From contig OZ219791.1 of NCBI GenBank assembly GCA_964291215.2, positions 1,984,001-2,048,000 of the forward strand: DNA of 64,000 nt, given 5' to 3'. Position 1 is the first letter of the stretch, and each line of letters opens with the position of its first letter. A program made the position numbers and the translations under genes. This DNA is from Alphaproteobacteria bacterium (GTDB taxonomy: Bacteria > Pseudomonadota > Alphaproteobacteria > MPNO01 > UBA830). A model generated the notes under the pieces. It searched no databases, was not told the DNA's origin, and saw only the letters and a program-made list of their open reading frames with translations. Of the stretch, positions 45,084 through 55,653 are shown one piece after another.

Positions 45084-45920
45084 CTCGGGGTGCTGGGTCC
45101 GGTGAAGCCTCGGTCGCAGGAGACACGCCGCAGCTCGAGGGGTTCAAGGCGCTGCCACCCCGGCGGCAAGACGCGCGTCATCTCCGTCGGGAAGCCGACA
45201 TCTTCGAGCTGTTCGACACGCGCTTGCCCCGCGTCGATCTGCGCGCCAAGCATGACAGGGTGCTGAAGGAGGGAAGGCTGTTCGCCGTCATGGCCGGCGG
45301 TGCAGGCCTGATTGAGATCGAGGGACTGACGGAGCAAGCCAGCCGGAAGAAGGCCCGCGCGACAGAAGCGCCTGGCGAGTTACGGTCCGTCACCCGTGAC
45401 GGGCACCGCCCCCAGCGCGAAGCTGGTGTCCCTGCACGGGGTCAGGGAGCGCCCGAGGGTGAGGATCCCGTGGTGCCTGCTGACCACCGTGCGGGTCGGC
45501 GAAGGAGGCGGCCGACATCGTCGGCTTCTACCTTCAGCGCTGGCGAATCGAGGATTACGTGCTCAAATCCGGATGCAGGGTGGAACACCTTCTGTTCCGC
45601 ACCGGCTGCAACGGGCGATCAACGCCGTCATCGCGCATCATGACCCTGCTCGGCCGCCAGGTGCGAGCCGCAGCTGATGTTCACCGACAGCGAACTCGCG
45701 CGACTACGCACACAAGTACGCCCTGAAGGAACCGGAGCGTCTCGCTGATGCGGTGCACCTGGTCGCCCATCTCGGCGGCTACCGCAGCACGCCCGGGTCA
45801 CCAGATCATGTGGCCAGACACACCAGCGCCGCACCGGGTCACAAAATCGGGTTCCGGGATGGACAAAGACACGCGTGAACACGTAAACCATTGTCAACTA
45901 GATTTGTCATGACACGGCAG
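45084..45920 (+). mobile_element. Second, 5'-truncated copy of the IS4 element
   Basis: Near-identical to ~43077-43935; begins directly at the IS256 right end. Confidence 0.9.
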
Positions 45921-45992
45921 GGCTAGCCCCCCCAGTGAAACGCCTCAAAGCGCAAACCTCAGACAAATTTCCAGACATCAAGTTACAGTACC
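45921..45992 (-). mobile_element. Isolated IS256 left end, inverted
   Basis: Reverse complement of GGTACTGTAACTT...CACTGGGGGGGCTAGCC. Confidence 0.9.
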
Positions 45993-46067
45993 AACCCGAA
46001 AAACGATTCGTCATCAGTAGGGGGGTGAGTAGATTCGGGTTGACACTGAAAACGTAGCCTGTTTCCT

Positions 46068-46514
46068 TCAGTGGCACGCCCGTCCGAGGGCCTTTAGCCG
46101 CCAGTAGTTGTAGGGCAACGGCGTAAGGAACCCGACAGCAAGCATGACGGGGATCACCCACCATGTCAACATTGCGCCGCCGGTTAGCACCACATCGGCC
46201 GCATTCATCGCGACTTCCATGGAAATCATGGAAATGAACGACATTCCGATCGCGGTCCGGAACGCTGCCTTGAAGCTCATTTGCCGGACAAGGATGCAGG
46301 TCTCGAGCGCGATCGACGTCAGGAGACCGTTGATGATCGCCAGGATCATGATCGCTAGCGTTGGCCAGGGTATGCCCGTCATCTGGAAAAAGGCAATGGT
46401 CCCGAAATCGCCGATGCTGCACCCGAGGAGACACCACGCCGTGTTCTTCGATGCGCGCCGCCACGTGTGACGGCATTGCCAGTCCAGCGCCAGAGGCGTC
46501 GTGGTCGCAGTCAT
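46068..46514 (-). CDS. DUF4396-like Met-rich membrane protein
   Basis: NTAWCLLGCSIGD, SMISMEVAMN, GFLTPLPYNYW, ends ACH. Confidence 0.75.
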   Translation of the reverse strand: MTATTTPLALDWQCRHTWRRASKNTAWCLLGCSIGDFGTIAFFQMTGIPWPTLAIMILAIINGLLTSIALETCILVRQMSFKAAFRTAIGMSFISMISMEVAMNAADVVLTGGAMLTWWVIPVMLAVGFLTPLPYNYWRLKALGRACH

Positions 46515-46544
46515 GTGCGTCTCCCTTGATTCGCGGTTCCTGCC

Positions 46545-46575
46545 AATCTAAGCTTTCCAGTTACTGGAAGGTCAA
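46545..46575 (-). promoter_or_regulatory. MerR-type promoter with CueR operator
   Basis: Minus strand TTGACC-19 bp-TAGATT with dyad TTCCAGTAACTGGAA in the spacer. Confidence 0.85.
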
Positions 46576-46592
46576 GGGGGGGGGGGGGCGGT

Positions 46593-47039
46593 ATGAACAT
46601 TTCCGCCGTATCGAGGGCTGCCGGACTGCCGACGAAGACGGTCCGCTACTATGCGGACATAGGCCTCGTGCCAGCGCCGGCACGATCTTCGGCGGGATAC
46701 AGAAGCTATGACGAAGCCTCGGTGCGAAAGCTCGTGTTCGTCCGCCGGGCGCGGGAATTTGGTTTCTCGATCGGCGAGTGCAGGGAACTTCTGGGGCTCT
46801 ACGGGAACCGGGACCGGTCGAGCGCCGATGTGAAGCGCATTGCATCCGGGCGTCTCGACGAGATCAGGAGAAAGCAGCTCGAGCTGCAGTCGTTGCACGA
46901 CGAATTGTCCCGGCTTGTCGATGCGTGCAGGGGCGACAACAGGCCGGATTGCCCGATCATCGACGGTCTCGGGGATCAGGACTCGGACAGCGGCCATGCC
47001 GGGAACAAGTGCCCGTGCGGAAATGACCGTTTTGGCTGA
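46593..47039 (+). CDS. cueR: Cu(I)-responsive MerR-family regulator
   Basis: MNI...KTVRYYADIGL, GYRSY, RSSADVK, CRGDNRPDCPII. Confidence 0.9.
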   Translation: MNISAVSRAAGLPTKTVRYYADIGLVPAPARSSAGYRSYDEASVRKLVFVRRAREFGFSIGECRELLGLYGNRDRSSADVKRIASGRLDEIRRKQLELQSLHDELSRLVDACRGDNRPDCPIIDGLGDQDSDSGHAGNKCPCGNDRFG

Positions 47040-47192
47040 CCTTCCGGCGAAATTTCGGGTTTGATCTACTCCCGGGGCCTTCGGGTGCTCTGTTTGCAGG
47101 GGGAGGCCTGCCGATTCGCATCGGCACAGGACTCTTTTAACCGAGAATCCAGCGCAACTTGGCCCAATTCCAGCTGCGGGCGGATAACGTTT

Positions 47193-48457
47193 GATTACGC
47201 AACCTGATGTCTGGAAATTGTCGTGAAGCTCTCAGTCATCGAGCTGTTCCCATTTGATGTATGCCTTGGTTTCGGTTTCCCATTTTTCGTCGATGAGGAC
47301 CGCGGTTGAGAGGCGCTCCAACGAGGCGAGGTTCGGAAAGACCCTGACTTTGGAGGTGCGCCGCTTGAGCTCTTGCTGGATCGGCCGCTCTATACCGTTC
47401 GAGGTTCGCATGCGCTTGCGGTGAGCATCGGGCAAGGTGAAGACAGCGAGCCCCGCATTGTTTTCCAGCCAGGAAGCTTGGATGCTTGTCGCGATAGCTG
47501 GCCACGAGGGCGCCCAGTTCAGCCTCGGCGGTTTGGAGTGAGGAGGCGTGGCTCCGAGCTGTTTTCCAATACGTTTCCTGATGTCGTTGTTCGGTGCACG
47601 GCGTTTTGCGCCAGGTGGAACTGGCAGCGCTGCCACGTCGCCGCGCCCAGCACCGTGCCGCTTTCAGCCCGGCATCCGAGACGATGAAGGTCGTACCATG
47701 CAGGGCTAGCAAGCTTTCCAGGAAGGCTCTCCAATGGACCTCGGCCTCGGAGAGCGCCACAGAGAGCCCCAGAACGTGCCTGCAGCCCCTATTCCGATGG
47801 CCGAGAGCACTGCAACATCGCGCACAACGCCGTCATGGCGGGCTTTTTCGTAGCGCGCATCCAGGATCAGGTATTTCATCAGCCCAAGGGGCCGGTTGCG
47901 CGGTGAGTTCTTCGTCGAGCAACCTGGTGGCCCGGCTGACCTGAGAAGAGGACAGGCTCCCGAACTCGCGCATTACATCCTGCCGTGTGGAAACACCCTT
48001 GATGTACATCTCGGCTACGGCCAGCATGACGGCGCGAGAAGATCGCTGGCCGCGTTCAAGCGACTGGGGATAGAACGGGTTGTCCCCGTGACCGGCCGTC
48101 TTTGGCACCTGAACGGTAACAGTGGGGGTGTCGATCCGCTTGTAGCCGTTGGCATAGCCCTGTCGCTCCGGCGTCCGGTGGCCCGCTTTCAAGTACTGCT
48201 CGCGCTCGATTTGCATCGCAAGCTCGAAGAGCTGGCCAAAGACCCGCCCCGGATCCGTTGCTCCGTTTGCGATCAGATGTTCCAAAACAGTCCCGATCGT
48301 CGTAGTGTGTCGCAGGTCCATTCGCTTCCTCCATGAAGGTTTTCCAACTCCATGGGATAGCACGATGGCGCCGCGTTTCACTGGGGGGCTAGCCCCCCAG
48401 TGAAACGCCTCAAAGCGCAAACCTCAGACAAATTTCCAGACATCAAGTTACAGTACC
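47193..48457 (-). mobile_element. IS256-family copy 3 with 8-bp TSD
   Basis: Both ends present; TAACGTTT at 47185-47192 and 48458-48465; transposase frameshifted. Confidence 0.95.
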
Positions 48458-49004
48458 TAACGTTTCGCGTGGCAATTCTCGCGAAGCTTTCCGAAAAGCC
48501 GGCGGATTCCCGGTTTGATCGGTCAATTCCCGCCCCAAAACGAGATTCTTCGCCCCCTCTATACCACGATTTCTCTAATAAAATCATTCTGTTGTACATT
48601 TTTGGGCGGGCACGAACTAGGGCAAGCGTTCGATCACGGGGTGATTGTTGGTGATCGTCACCGGTTGAGGATGCGTTTTGTCGGCAGATTGTCAGAAGGT
48701 TCGGAACCGACCAGAATCAGTCGTCACCGCGTGACCGAACGCTTACGAACCGGGTTCGCGTGCCGGGCGGTAGGCTTGGAATCGGCTTCGTTCAGCAGGC
48801 GGCCGGGCTTCTGACCACTGGCGGAACAGGCTGATCGGTGGGTCGAAGCGCCCCGGATTTGGCACCGGGACGGGCCGGATGCCGGGCGGGCGTGACCGAG
48901 GCTGCGGAATAGTGGCGCGGCTGCGCGTCTCGTTGGAGCCCGTTGCTGGCGTCGCATGGTGACCCGTCCTACACTGGACGCGAAGAACGTGACGGAGACG
49001 CCCC

Positions 49005-50492
49005 GTGCAGATGCCTGATCCGGACAGCGATGTTCTCGGCCGCCGCGGCGAGATTGTGCGCGCGCTCAGAGAGATCCTTCCGCGCGAATCGGTGATCGCC
49101 GAAGAGGAAGGGCTACGCGCCTACGAGTGCGACGGCCTTACGGCCTATCGTCAGCTTCCCCTGATCGTCGTTCTGCCTGAAACCACCGGCCAGGTCTCTG
49201 AGATCCTGCGTTACTGCCACGGGCGTGGCATCAAGGTCGTTCCGCGTGGCGCCGGCACCTCGTTGTCCGGCGGCGCCCTGCCGCTGGCCGACGGAATCAC
49301 GCTCGGCCTGGGAAAGTTCAACCGGATCCTGGAAGTCGACTACGGCAATCGTTGCGTTGTTGCGCAACCCGGCGTGACCAACCTTGCCCTTACCCAAGCG
49401 GTCGAAGGCGAGGGTTTCCACTATGCGCCGGATCCGTCGAGCCAGATCGCCTGTTCGATCGGCGGCAACGTTGCGGAGAATTCCGGAGGTGTTCACTGCC
49501 TCAAATACGGCCTGACGGCCAACAACCTGCTGGGCCTCGAGGTGGCGCTGATGGATGGCGAAATCGTGCGGGTCGGTGGCCGCCATCTTGATGCTGGCGG
49601 TTACGACCTCCTTGGTATCATGACTGGCTCCGAGGGCCTCCTTGGCGTGATCACGGAGGTCACGGTGCGAATCCTGCCGAAACCCTCGACCGCCCGCGCG
49701 ATGCTGATCGGGTTCCCGTCGGTGGAATCGGCTGGCGAGACGGTTGCGGCCGTCATCGGTGCCGGGATCATTCCGGGGGGGATGGAGATGATGGATCGCC
49801 CCGCGATCCATGCCGCCGAAGCCTTCGTCAATGCCGGGTACCCGCTGGATGCCGAAGCTCTGCTGATCGTGGAGCTGGACGGGCCGGAGGTTGAGGTTGA
49901 CCATCTCATTGCTCGGGTCGAGGCCGTTGCCGGGGACCTGGGCGCCCAGTCGATCCGGGTCAGCACCAGCGAAGCCGAACGGGATTCCTTCTGGGCAGGA
50001 CGCAAGGCGGCGTTCCCGGCGGTCGGACGAATCTCGCCGGATTACTACTGTATGGACGGCACCATTCCGCGCCACCGCCTTTCCGAGGTCCTCGCCGGCA
50101 TGACCGCGTTGTCCTCGAGATACGGCCTGCGCGTTGCCAACGTCTTCCATGCCGGCGACGGCAACCTGCATCCGCTGATCCTCTACGACGCCAACGTGCC
50201 GGGCGAGCTCGAGAAGGCAGAGGAATTCGGAGCGGAAATCCTCCGCCTGTGCGTCAAGGCGGGCGGCGTGCTGACCGGAGAACACGGCGTCGGAGTCGAG
50301 AAGCGCGATCTCATGAACGAGGTTTTCACCGAAACCGACCTCGCACATCAGCAGCGCGTCAAGTGCGCCTTCGACCCGACACAACAGCTCAATCCGGGAA
50401 AGGTGTTTCCGACGCTGCATCGCTGCGCCGAACTCGGGCGCGTGCACATTCACCGAGGCCAGACCCGTTTTGCTGACCTTCCACGTTTCTGA
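49005..50492 (+). CDS. glcD: Glycolate oxidase FAD-linked subunit
   Basis: RGAGTSLSGG, APDPSSQIACSIGGN, HAGDGNLHP, GEHGVG. Confidence 0.93.
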   Translation: MQMPDPDSDVLGRRGEIVRALREILPRESVIAEEEGLRAYECDGLTAYRQLPLIVVLPETTGQVSEILRYCHGRGIKVVPRGAGTSLSGGALPLADGITLGLGKFNRILEVDYGNRCVVAQPGVTNLALTQAVEGEGFHYAPDPSSQIACSIGGNVAENSGGVHCLKYGLTANNLLGLEVALMDGEIVRVGGRHLDAGGYDLLGIMTGSEGLLGVITEVTVRILPKPSTARAMLIGFPSVESAGETVAAVIGAGIIPGGMEMMDRPAIHAAEAFVNAGYPLDAEALLIVELDGPEVEVDHLIARVEAVAGDLGAQSIRVSTSEAERDSFWAGRKAAFPAVGRISPDYYCMDGTIPRHRLSEVLAGMTALSSRYGLRVANVFHAGDGNLHPLILYDANVPGELEKAEEFGAEILRLCVKAGGVLTGEHGVGVEKRDLMNEVFTETDLAHQQRVKCAFDPTQQLNPGKVFPTLHRCAELGRVHIHRGQTRFADLPRF

Positions 50493-50594
50493 TCCGGGAG
50501 CGGGAGATACTCGCCGGGAGTCGGTGCGCCGGTCCCGGAAGCCTCGGGCTCCATCGCTGGAACGGGGATGCCGGCAAGCCCGGAACGAAGTTCG

Positions 50595-51815
50595 ATGAAC
50601 GGCGAATACCGTCCGCAATCCGCCGCAGATGCAGCCGAGATCATCGCGGCGGCACTCGGCGCCGAGACGCCGCTCGAGGTGGGCGGGGCAGGGACCAAGT
50701 GCGGAATCGGACGGCCGATCGAAGCCGAGTTCCGCATCACGTCGGCGGAGCTTTCCGGCCTGACGCTCTACGAGCCCGAGGAGCTGGTACTTGGCGTTCG
50801 ACCCGGAACCCCGATGGCACAACTTCAGCTGCATCTCGATCAGCATCGGCAGATGCTGGCATTCGAGCCGCCCGACTTCGGTGCTCTCCTGGGCAGCGGC
50901 GGTGGGCAGACCATCGGCGGGGTCGTCGCCGGCAATCTCTCCGGACCCCGGCGCATCAAGGCTGGCGCGGCGCGCGATCACTTCCTCGGGTTCGAGGCGG
51001 TGTCGGGCCGCGGCGAGGCGTTCCGGTCAGGCGGCCGCGTCGTCAAGAACGTCACCGGCTACGATCTCTGCAAGCTCATGTGCGGTTCGTGGGGCACGCT
51101 CGGGCTGCTGACGGAGCTCACGCTCAAGGTCATGCCGGCGCCCGAGCATACAAGCACCGTTCTTCTGGCGTGTCCCGACCCGCGCGTCGCGGTCCGCGCC
51201 ATGGCGGTGGCGCTCGGCGGGCCCAACGAAGTTTCGGCGGCGGCCTGGATTTCCGACGATGCCGCGATGTCCTGCCCCCTGTCCGCAATCGCCGCACCCG
51301 GGAGGGCCCTGGCGGCGTTGCGGCTTGAAGGGTTCGAAGCCTCGGTGCGGGCACGGTGCGCGGCACTCCATGCCGCGCTGTCCTCCTTTGGCGATACCGC
51401 GGAGCTCGACAGCGGCGATTCACTCACCCTGTGGCGGTTCGTCGGCGACGCGGCTGCATTCGCCGACGACATGGAAAGCGCGATATGGCGCGTGTCGGTC
51501 CCGCCGTCTGCGGGGGCGGAGTTCTTCGTCGGGGCCCGCGACATGCTCGGAGCGCGCGGCTGGCTCGACTGGGGCGGCGGGCTGGTGTGGCTTGCAGTCG
51601 CCGACAGCGAAGACGCCGGCGCCGTCTTCCTTCGCGCTGCGGCAGGAGAGAGCGGCGGCCACGCCATGCTGCTGCGCGGGAGTGAGGAGCAGCGCGCAAG
51701 GTTCGGCACGTTTCAGCCCGAGCCGGTGGCGCTCACCCGACTTACCCGGCGGATCAAGGAGGCGTTCGATCCGGGCGGAATCCTCAATGCCGGACGGATG
51801 TACGAGGGCATCTGA
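50595..51815 (+). CDS. glcE: Glycolate oxidase FAD-binding subunit
   Basis: YEPEELV, GGRVVKNVTGYDL, FDPGGILNAGR. Confidence 0.92.
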   Translation: MNGEYRPQSAADAAEIIAAALGAETPLEVGGAGTKCGIGRPIEAEFRITSAELSGLTLYEPEELVLGVRPGTPMAQLQLHLDQHRQMLAFEPPDFGALLGSGGGQTIGGVVAGNLSGPRRIKAGAARDHFLGFEAVSGRGEAFRSGGRVVKNVTGYDLCKLMCGSWGTLGLLTELTLKVMPAPEHTSTVLLACPDPRVAVRAMAVALGGPNEVSAAAWISDDAAMSCPLSAIAAPGRALAALRLEGFEASVRARCAALHAALSSFGDTAELDSGDSLTLWRFVGDAAAFADDMESAIWRVSVPPSAGAEFFVGARDMLGARGWLDWGGGLVWLAVADSEDAGAVFLRAAAGESGGHAMLLRGSEEQRARFGTFQPEPVALTRLTRRIKEAFDPGGILNAGRMYEGI

Positions 51816-51818
51816 GCG

Positions 51819-53135
51819 ATGCAGACCAACTTCACGCTTGCCCAGCTTGCCGATCCCGACATGGCGGAGTCGGAGCGCATCCTCCGCACCTGCGTTCATT
51901 GCGGTTTCTGCAACGCCACCTGTCCGACCTTCGGGCTGCTCGGCGACGAACTCGACGGACCGCGCGGCCGCATCTACCTGATCAAGGACATGCTCGAGAA
52001 CGACCGGACGCCGGGCAGCCGCACGGTGCAGCATGTCGATCGCTGCCTGTCCTGCCTGTCCTGCATGACCACCTGCCCGTCCGGCGTCAACTACAAGCAT
52101 CTTGTCGATCACGCGCGGGCGCGCATCGAGCAGACCTGCCGCCGCCCCCTGTTCGAGCGGCTCGTCCGTCATCTTCTCGCAACGTTCCTGCCGCGGCCGC
52201 GCCGGTTTCGCCTGCTGCTGCGCGCCGCTTCGCTGGCGCGCGTCGCCCGCCCGGTGCTGCCGGCCCGCCTGAGGCAGATGCTAGCGCTGGTTCCTGGCGG
52301 CGCCACCGCGCCGCCGATGCCGGGCCGCCAGGTCTGGTCGGCCGAAGGCGGAAGAAAGCACCGGGTCGCGCTGCTGCCGGGATGTGTTCAGCAGGTGCTG
52401 GAGCCCTCCATAAACGAGGCGACCATCAGTGTGCTTGTCCGTCACGGCTGCGAAGTCGTCGTGCCCGGAGATGTCGGTTGCTGCGGTGCCCTCGAGCATC
52501 ATCTCGGGCGGTCCGACGGCGCCCGACGGGCGGCGGCGCGGAACGTCCATGCCCTCATGCGCGAAATAGAGGGAGACGGGATCAATGCCGTCATCGTCAA
52601 TGCTTCGGGATGCGGCACGATGCTCAAGGATTACGGGTTTCTTCTGCGTGACGACCGGGCGCTGTTCGGAGACGCGGAACGCGTAGCGTCGCTTGCACGT
52701 GACGTCTCGGAGTTCCTCTCCGGGCTGGAATTGTCATTTGCCGGCCCGGCGAACGGCCTCAGGGTTACCTATCACAACCCGTGTTCGCTGCTGCATGGGC
52801 AGAAGATCTCGGCGCCGCCACGGGATCTGCTGGTCGCGGCGGGATTCACACTGTCGGAACCGGCCGAAGGCCACCTGTGTTGCGGCTCCGCCGGAACCTA
52901 CAACATGCTTCAGCCCGAGCTCGCGCTGAAGCTTCGCACCCGCAAGGCGCAGAACCTTGCGCAAACGGCGCCCGATGTGGTGGCAACCGGCAATATAGGC
53001 TGCATGGTGCAGCTTCGCCCCGCCATGGAAGCTCCCGTCGTGCACACGGTAGAACTCCTGGACTGGGCGACCGGCGGCCGGACGCCGGACGGACTCGTGC
53101 GCCGCGGTGGTCAGTCGCCGGCCGAGGAGGGCTGA
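51819..53135 (+). CDS. glcF: Glycolate oxidase Fe-S subunit
   Basis: CVHCGFCNATCPT, CLSCLSCMTTCPSGV, CCGSAGTYN. Confidence 0.93.
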   Translation: MQTNFTLAQLADPDMAESERILRTCVHCGFCNATCPTFGLLGDELDGPRGRIYLIKDMLENDRTPGSRTVQHVDRCLSCLSCMTTCPSGVNYKHLVDHARARIEQTCRRPLFERLVRHLLATFLPRPRRFRLLLRAASLARVARPVLPARLRQMLALVPGGATAPPMPGRQVWSAEGGRKHRVALLPGCVQQVLEPSINEATISVLVRHGCEVVVPGDVGCCGALEHHLGRSDGARRAAARNVHALMREIEGDGINAVIVNASGCGTMLKDYGFLLRDDRALFGDAERVASLARDVSEFLSGLELSFAGPANGLRVTYHNPCSLLHGQKISAPPRDLLVAAGFTLSEPAEGHLCCGSAGTYNMLQPELALKLRTRKAQNLAQTAPDVVATGNIGCMVQLRPAMEAPVVHTVELLDWATGGRTPDGLVRRGGQSPAEEG

Positions 53136-53158
53136 GTCCGGTTCAGGCCACTGGCCGC

Positions 53159-54889
53159 TTATCCCCGTCCTGCCTCTTCGTCGTCGAGGATGACGTTGAG
53201 AATTGCAGTGCGGCCCTCTGCGACGGCGGCATTCGCTTCCTCGAGCGCCGACGCCAGCTCATCCTGCCGTTCGACCCGTTGCCCGTGGAAATCGAAAGGC
53301 CTCGCGAGTTCGGCGTAGTCGAGGTCGGTGATGGGATGGCCGTGGGAGGCGTTTTGGCTCGCCGCGATGCCGTCCGGATAGAAGGCGTGGTGTTCCTTGC
53401 GCATGGCCGCATAGCCGCCGTTGTTGAAAATCACGATCATCACGGGGAGGTTCTTGTGCTTGGATAAGGCGAGGCTCTGCATCACCGGATTGTACATGAA
53501 CGAGCCGTCGCCGATGGTGGCGACCGCCGTGCGGTCGGGTCTCGCGAGTTTTGTGCCAAGTGTGAGGCCGAGGCCCTGGCCGAGGCCGCCGCTGGAGACC
53601 TTGAAGTAGCTAGATGGCCCGCCGAACCTGAGATGCTGGTTGATCGGCCTGCGGTGGGTGATCGTCTCGTCGACATAGATGGCGTCCGTGGGCATCACCT
53701 CGGCCATCGTTGCGCACAGGCTCACGGCGCCGATCGTTTCCTGCCTTCGCGCCGCATCGGCGGTGGCCTGCAGGCTGCCGGCCATCCTGTCATGGGCGGC
53801 CGTCCAGCGTTCGAGGCGTTCGCCGATCTGGCCGGCGTCGAGTTGCCGCGCGCGCAGCAGTTCCGTGAGTCGCCGCAGCGTCGCCACCGCATCGCCTTCG
53901 AGGAAGATGTCCGCCTGCAGGTTCTGATGCACCATGTGCGGGCGAAACGGCGTCTCGTCGATATTGACGACGGTCGCGCGTGCCGGCCTGTTGCCGGGAG
54001 GAGACCACGGAGCGCGGCTGCGGAGCGTCAGCACGAGATCGGCTTCGTGTATCCAGTCCGGCGTTCCGAAGCCCTGGTACAGCGGGTGGTCTTTTGGAAA
54101 GTTGTTGAAATCGATCCAGGTGCTCTCCGCCACCGGAATGGCGAGCAGTTCGGCGAGTTCGACCAGGGCTTCGTATCCTGCCGGGTCGCGGCCTATCGAC
54201 TCGGCAACGATGGCCGGCGCTTCGGCGCCGGTGAGGAGATCGGCGACATGGGCAATATCTTCGTCCGGCGCCCGCGGACGGACGGCGGTCGGAACCTTGT
54301 CCAGATTTCGCGGCGGAGTCCATGTGTCCAGCATGGTCTCTATCGGCACGGTCATGAAGACCGGGCCGGGAGGCGGCCTCTGTGCCATCTCGCCGGCGCG
54401 GACGAGCTGTTCGTGCAGCGTGTGGGAACTGCTCACCGGATGCGACCATTTCACGATCGAGTTGACGAGAGCATGGGGACCGCCGACGACGCTGAGCATC
54501 CCCTGCCACTGGGGCCCGGGATCGAAGCCCTCCTGCTCGCCGTAAGTCAGCGACTCGCCGGAAACGACAAGCATCGGGATGCCCTGCCGGTTGGCGGCGT
54601 CGATACCCATGGATCCCTGGAGAAGGCCCACTCCGGTATGCAGCATCACTGCCTGCATGCGGCCGGTCATTGCCGTGTAGCCCATCGCGAGCCCGACGGC
54701 AAGAGTCTCGTGGGCGCAACTCAGATAGGCCGGCCCGTCCGAGCCGGTCGCGTCCTGGCGCGCGAGAGCTTCCCATACCGCGCCCCACTCCGAACCCGGG
54801 GAAGCCATGACATAGTCGATATCAAGCCGACGAAAGGCTTCGAGGATCGCCTCGCCGCCATCCGGAAAGTTCCCGGTCGTTCCTTCCAT
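53159..54889 (-). CDS. Thiamine pyrophosphate-binding enzyme
   Basis: HE near N-terminus; GDGSFMYN...NNGGY TPP motif. Confidence 0.88.
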   Translation of the reverse strand: MEGTTGNFPDGGEAILEAFRRLDIDYVMASPGSEWGAVWEALARQDATGSDGPAYLSCAHETLAVGLAMGYTAMTGRMQAVMLHTGVGLLQGSMGIDAANRQGIPMLVVSGESLTYGEQEGFDPGPQWQGMLSVVGGPHALVNSIVKWSHPVSSSHTLHEQLVRAGEMAQRPPPGPVFMTVPIETMLDTWTPPRNLDKVPTAVRPRAPDEDIAHVADLLTGAEAPAIVAESIGRDPAGYEALVELAELLAIPVAESTWIDFNNFPKDHPLYQGFGTPDWIHEADLVLTLRSRAPWSPPGNRPARATVVNIDETPFRPHMVHQNLQADIFLEGDAVATLRRLTELLRARQLDAGQIGERLERWTAAHDRMAGSLQATADAARRQETIGAVSLCATMAEVMPTDAIYVDETITHRRPINQHLRFGGPSSYFKVSSGGLGQGLGLTLGTKLARPDRTAVATIGDGSFMYNPVMQSLALSKHKNLPVMIVIFNNGGYAAMRKEHHAFYPDGIAASQNASHGHPITDLDYAELARPFDFHGQRVERQDELASALEEANAAVAEGRTAILNVILDDEEAGRG

Positions 54890-55020
54890 GGTTCTCTCCC
54901 TGGTCTGCGGCCGGTTTGCGCCGTCCGGCTCGGGTGTACCGGAGTTCGGCGCGGCGTGGAAAGGCCGGGGCGGTCGGCCGTCTGTCCGGGCCGGATGGGT
55001 GGTTGTCGCCGAACACCTGT

Positions 55021-55653
55021 TCAGGCGGCTTCGGCGAGATTGATCCCCATCGCCTTGGCCACCGCGGGACGGCTTTCGAGAGCGCGGTACCAGCGCTTCA
55101 CGTTCGGAAAGTCGTCAAGCGATACCCCCTGCCATTCGTAGCGCGCCGTCCATGGAAATATCGCCATGTCGGCGATCGAATAGTCAATATGCATGTAGGC
55201 GTTGTCCGCCAGATGGGCGTCAAGGACGCCCCACAGCCGCTGCGTCTCCTTGGTGTAGCGGTCGATGCCGTACTCGACCTTGGTACTGGCCCGCCGGAAA
55301 TGGTGGGCCTGGCCGAACATGGGGCCGATGCCGCCCATCTGGAACATCAGCCACTGGATGGTGATGTAGCGGTTGCGAACATCCTCGGCGGAGGGAAGGA
55401 ACTTGCCGTGCTTGTCGGCGAGATACATCAGCATCGCCCCCGACTCGAACAGCGTGAAGGGTTTTCCGTTCGGACCGTCCTGATCGATCATTGCCGGGAT
55501 CTTGCTGTTCGGGTTGATGGCAACGAACTCCGGCGTGAACTGATCGTCTTTCATGATGTTGATCGCGTGGGTCCTGTAGGGGATGCCGAGCTCCTCCAGC
55601 ATGATGAAGAGCTTGCGGCCGTTCGACGTATGCCAGTTGTAGAGATCAATCAT
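55021..55653 (-). CDS. Glutathione S-transferase (YfcG/Nu-like)
   Basis: MIDLYNWHTSNG, NPNSKIPA, FESGA, GPMFGQAHHF. Confidence 0.9.
   Translation of the reverse strand: MIDLYNWHTSNGRKLFIMLEELGIPYRTHAINIMKDDQFTPEFVAINPNSKIPAMIDQDGPNGKPFTLFESGAMLMYLADKHGKFLPSAEDVRNRYITIQWLMFQMGGIGPMFGQAHHFRRASTKVEYGIDRYTKETQRLWGVLDAHLADNAYMHIDYSIADMAIFPWTARYEWQGVSLDDFPNVKRWYRALESRPAVAKAMGINLAEAA

Noticed and set aside
46015-46036. GGGGGTGAGTAGATTC resembling the IS66-like element end
   Set aside because: Too short to call without the rest of an element.
45921-48457. cueR-DUF4396 as cargo of an IS256 composite transposon
   Set aside because: Copy 3 has its own TSD, showing independent insertion, and no shared outer TSD exists.
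48466-49004. Long intergenic region upstream of glcD as ncRNA or riboswitch
   Set aside because: No recognisable RNA motif by eye; needs an Rfam search.
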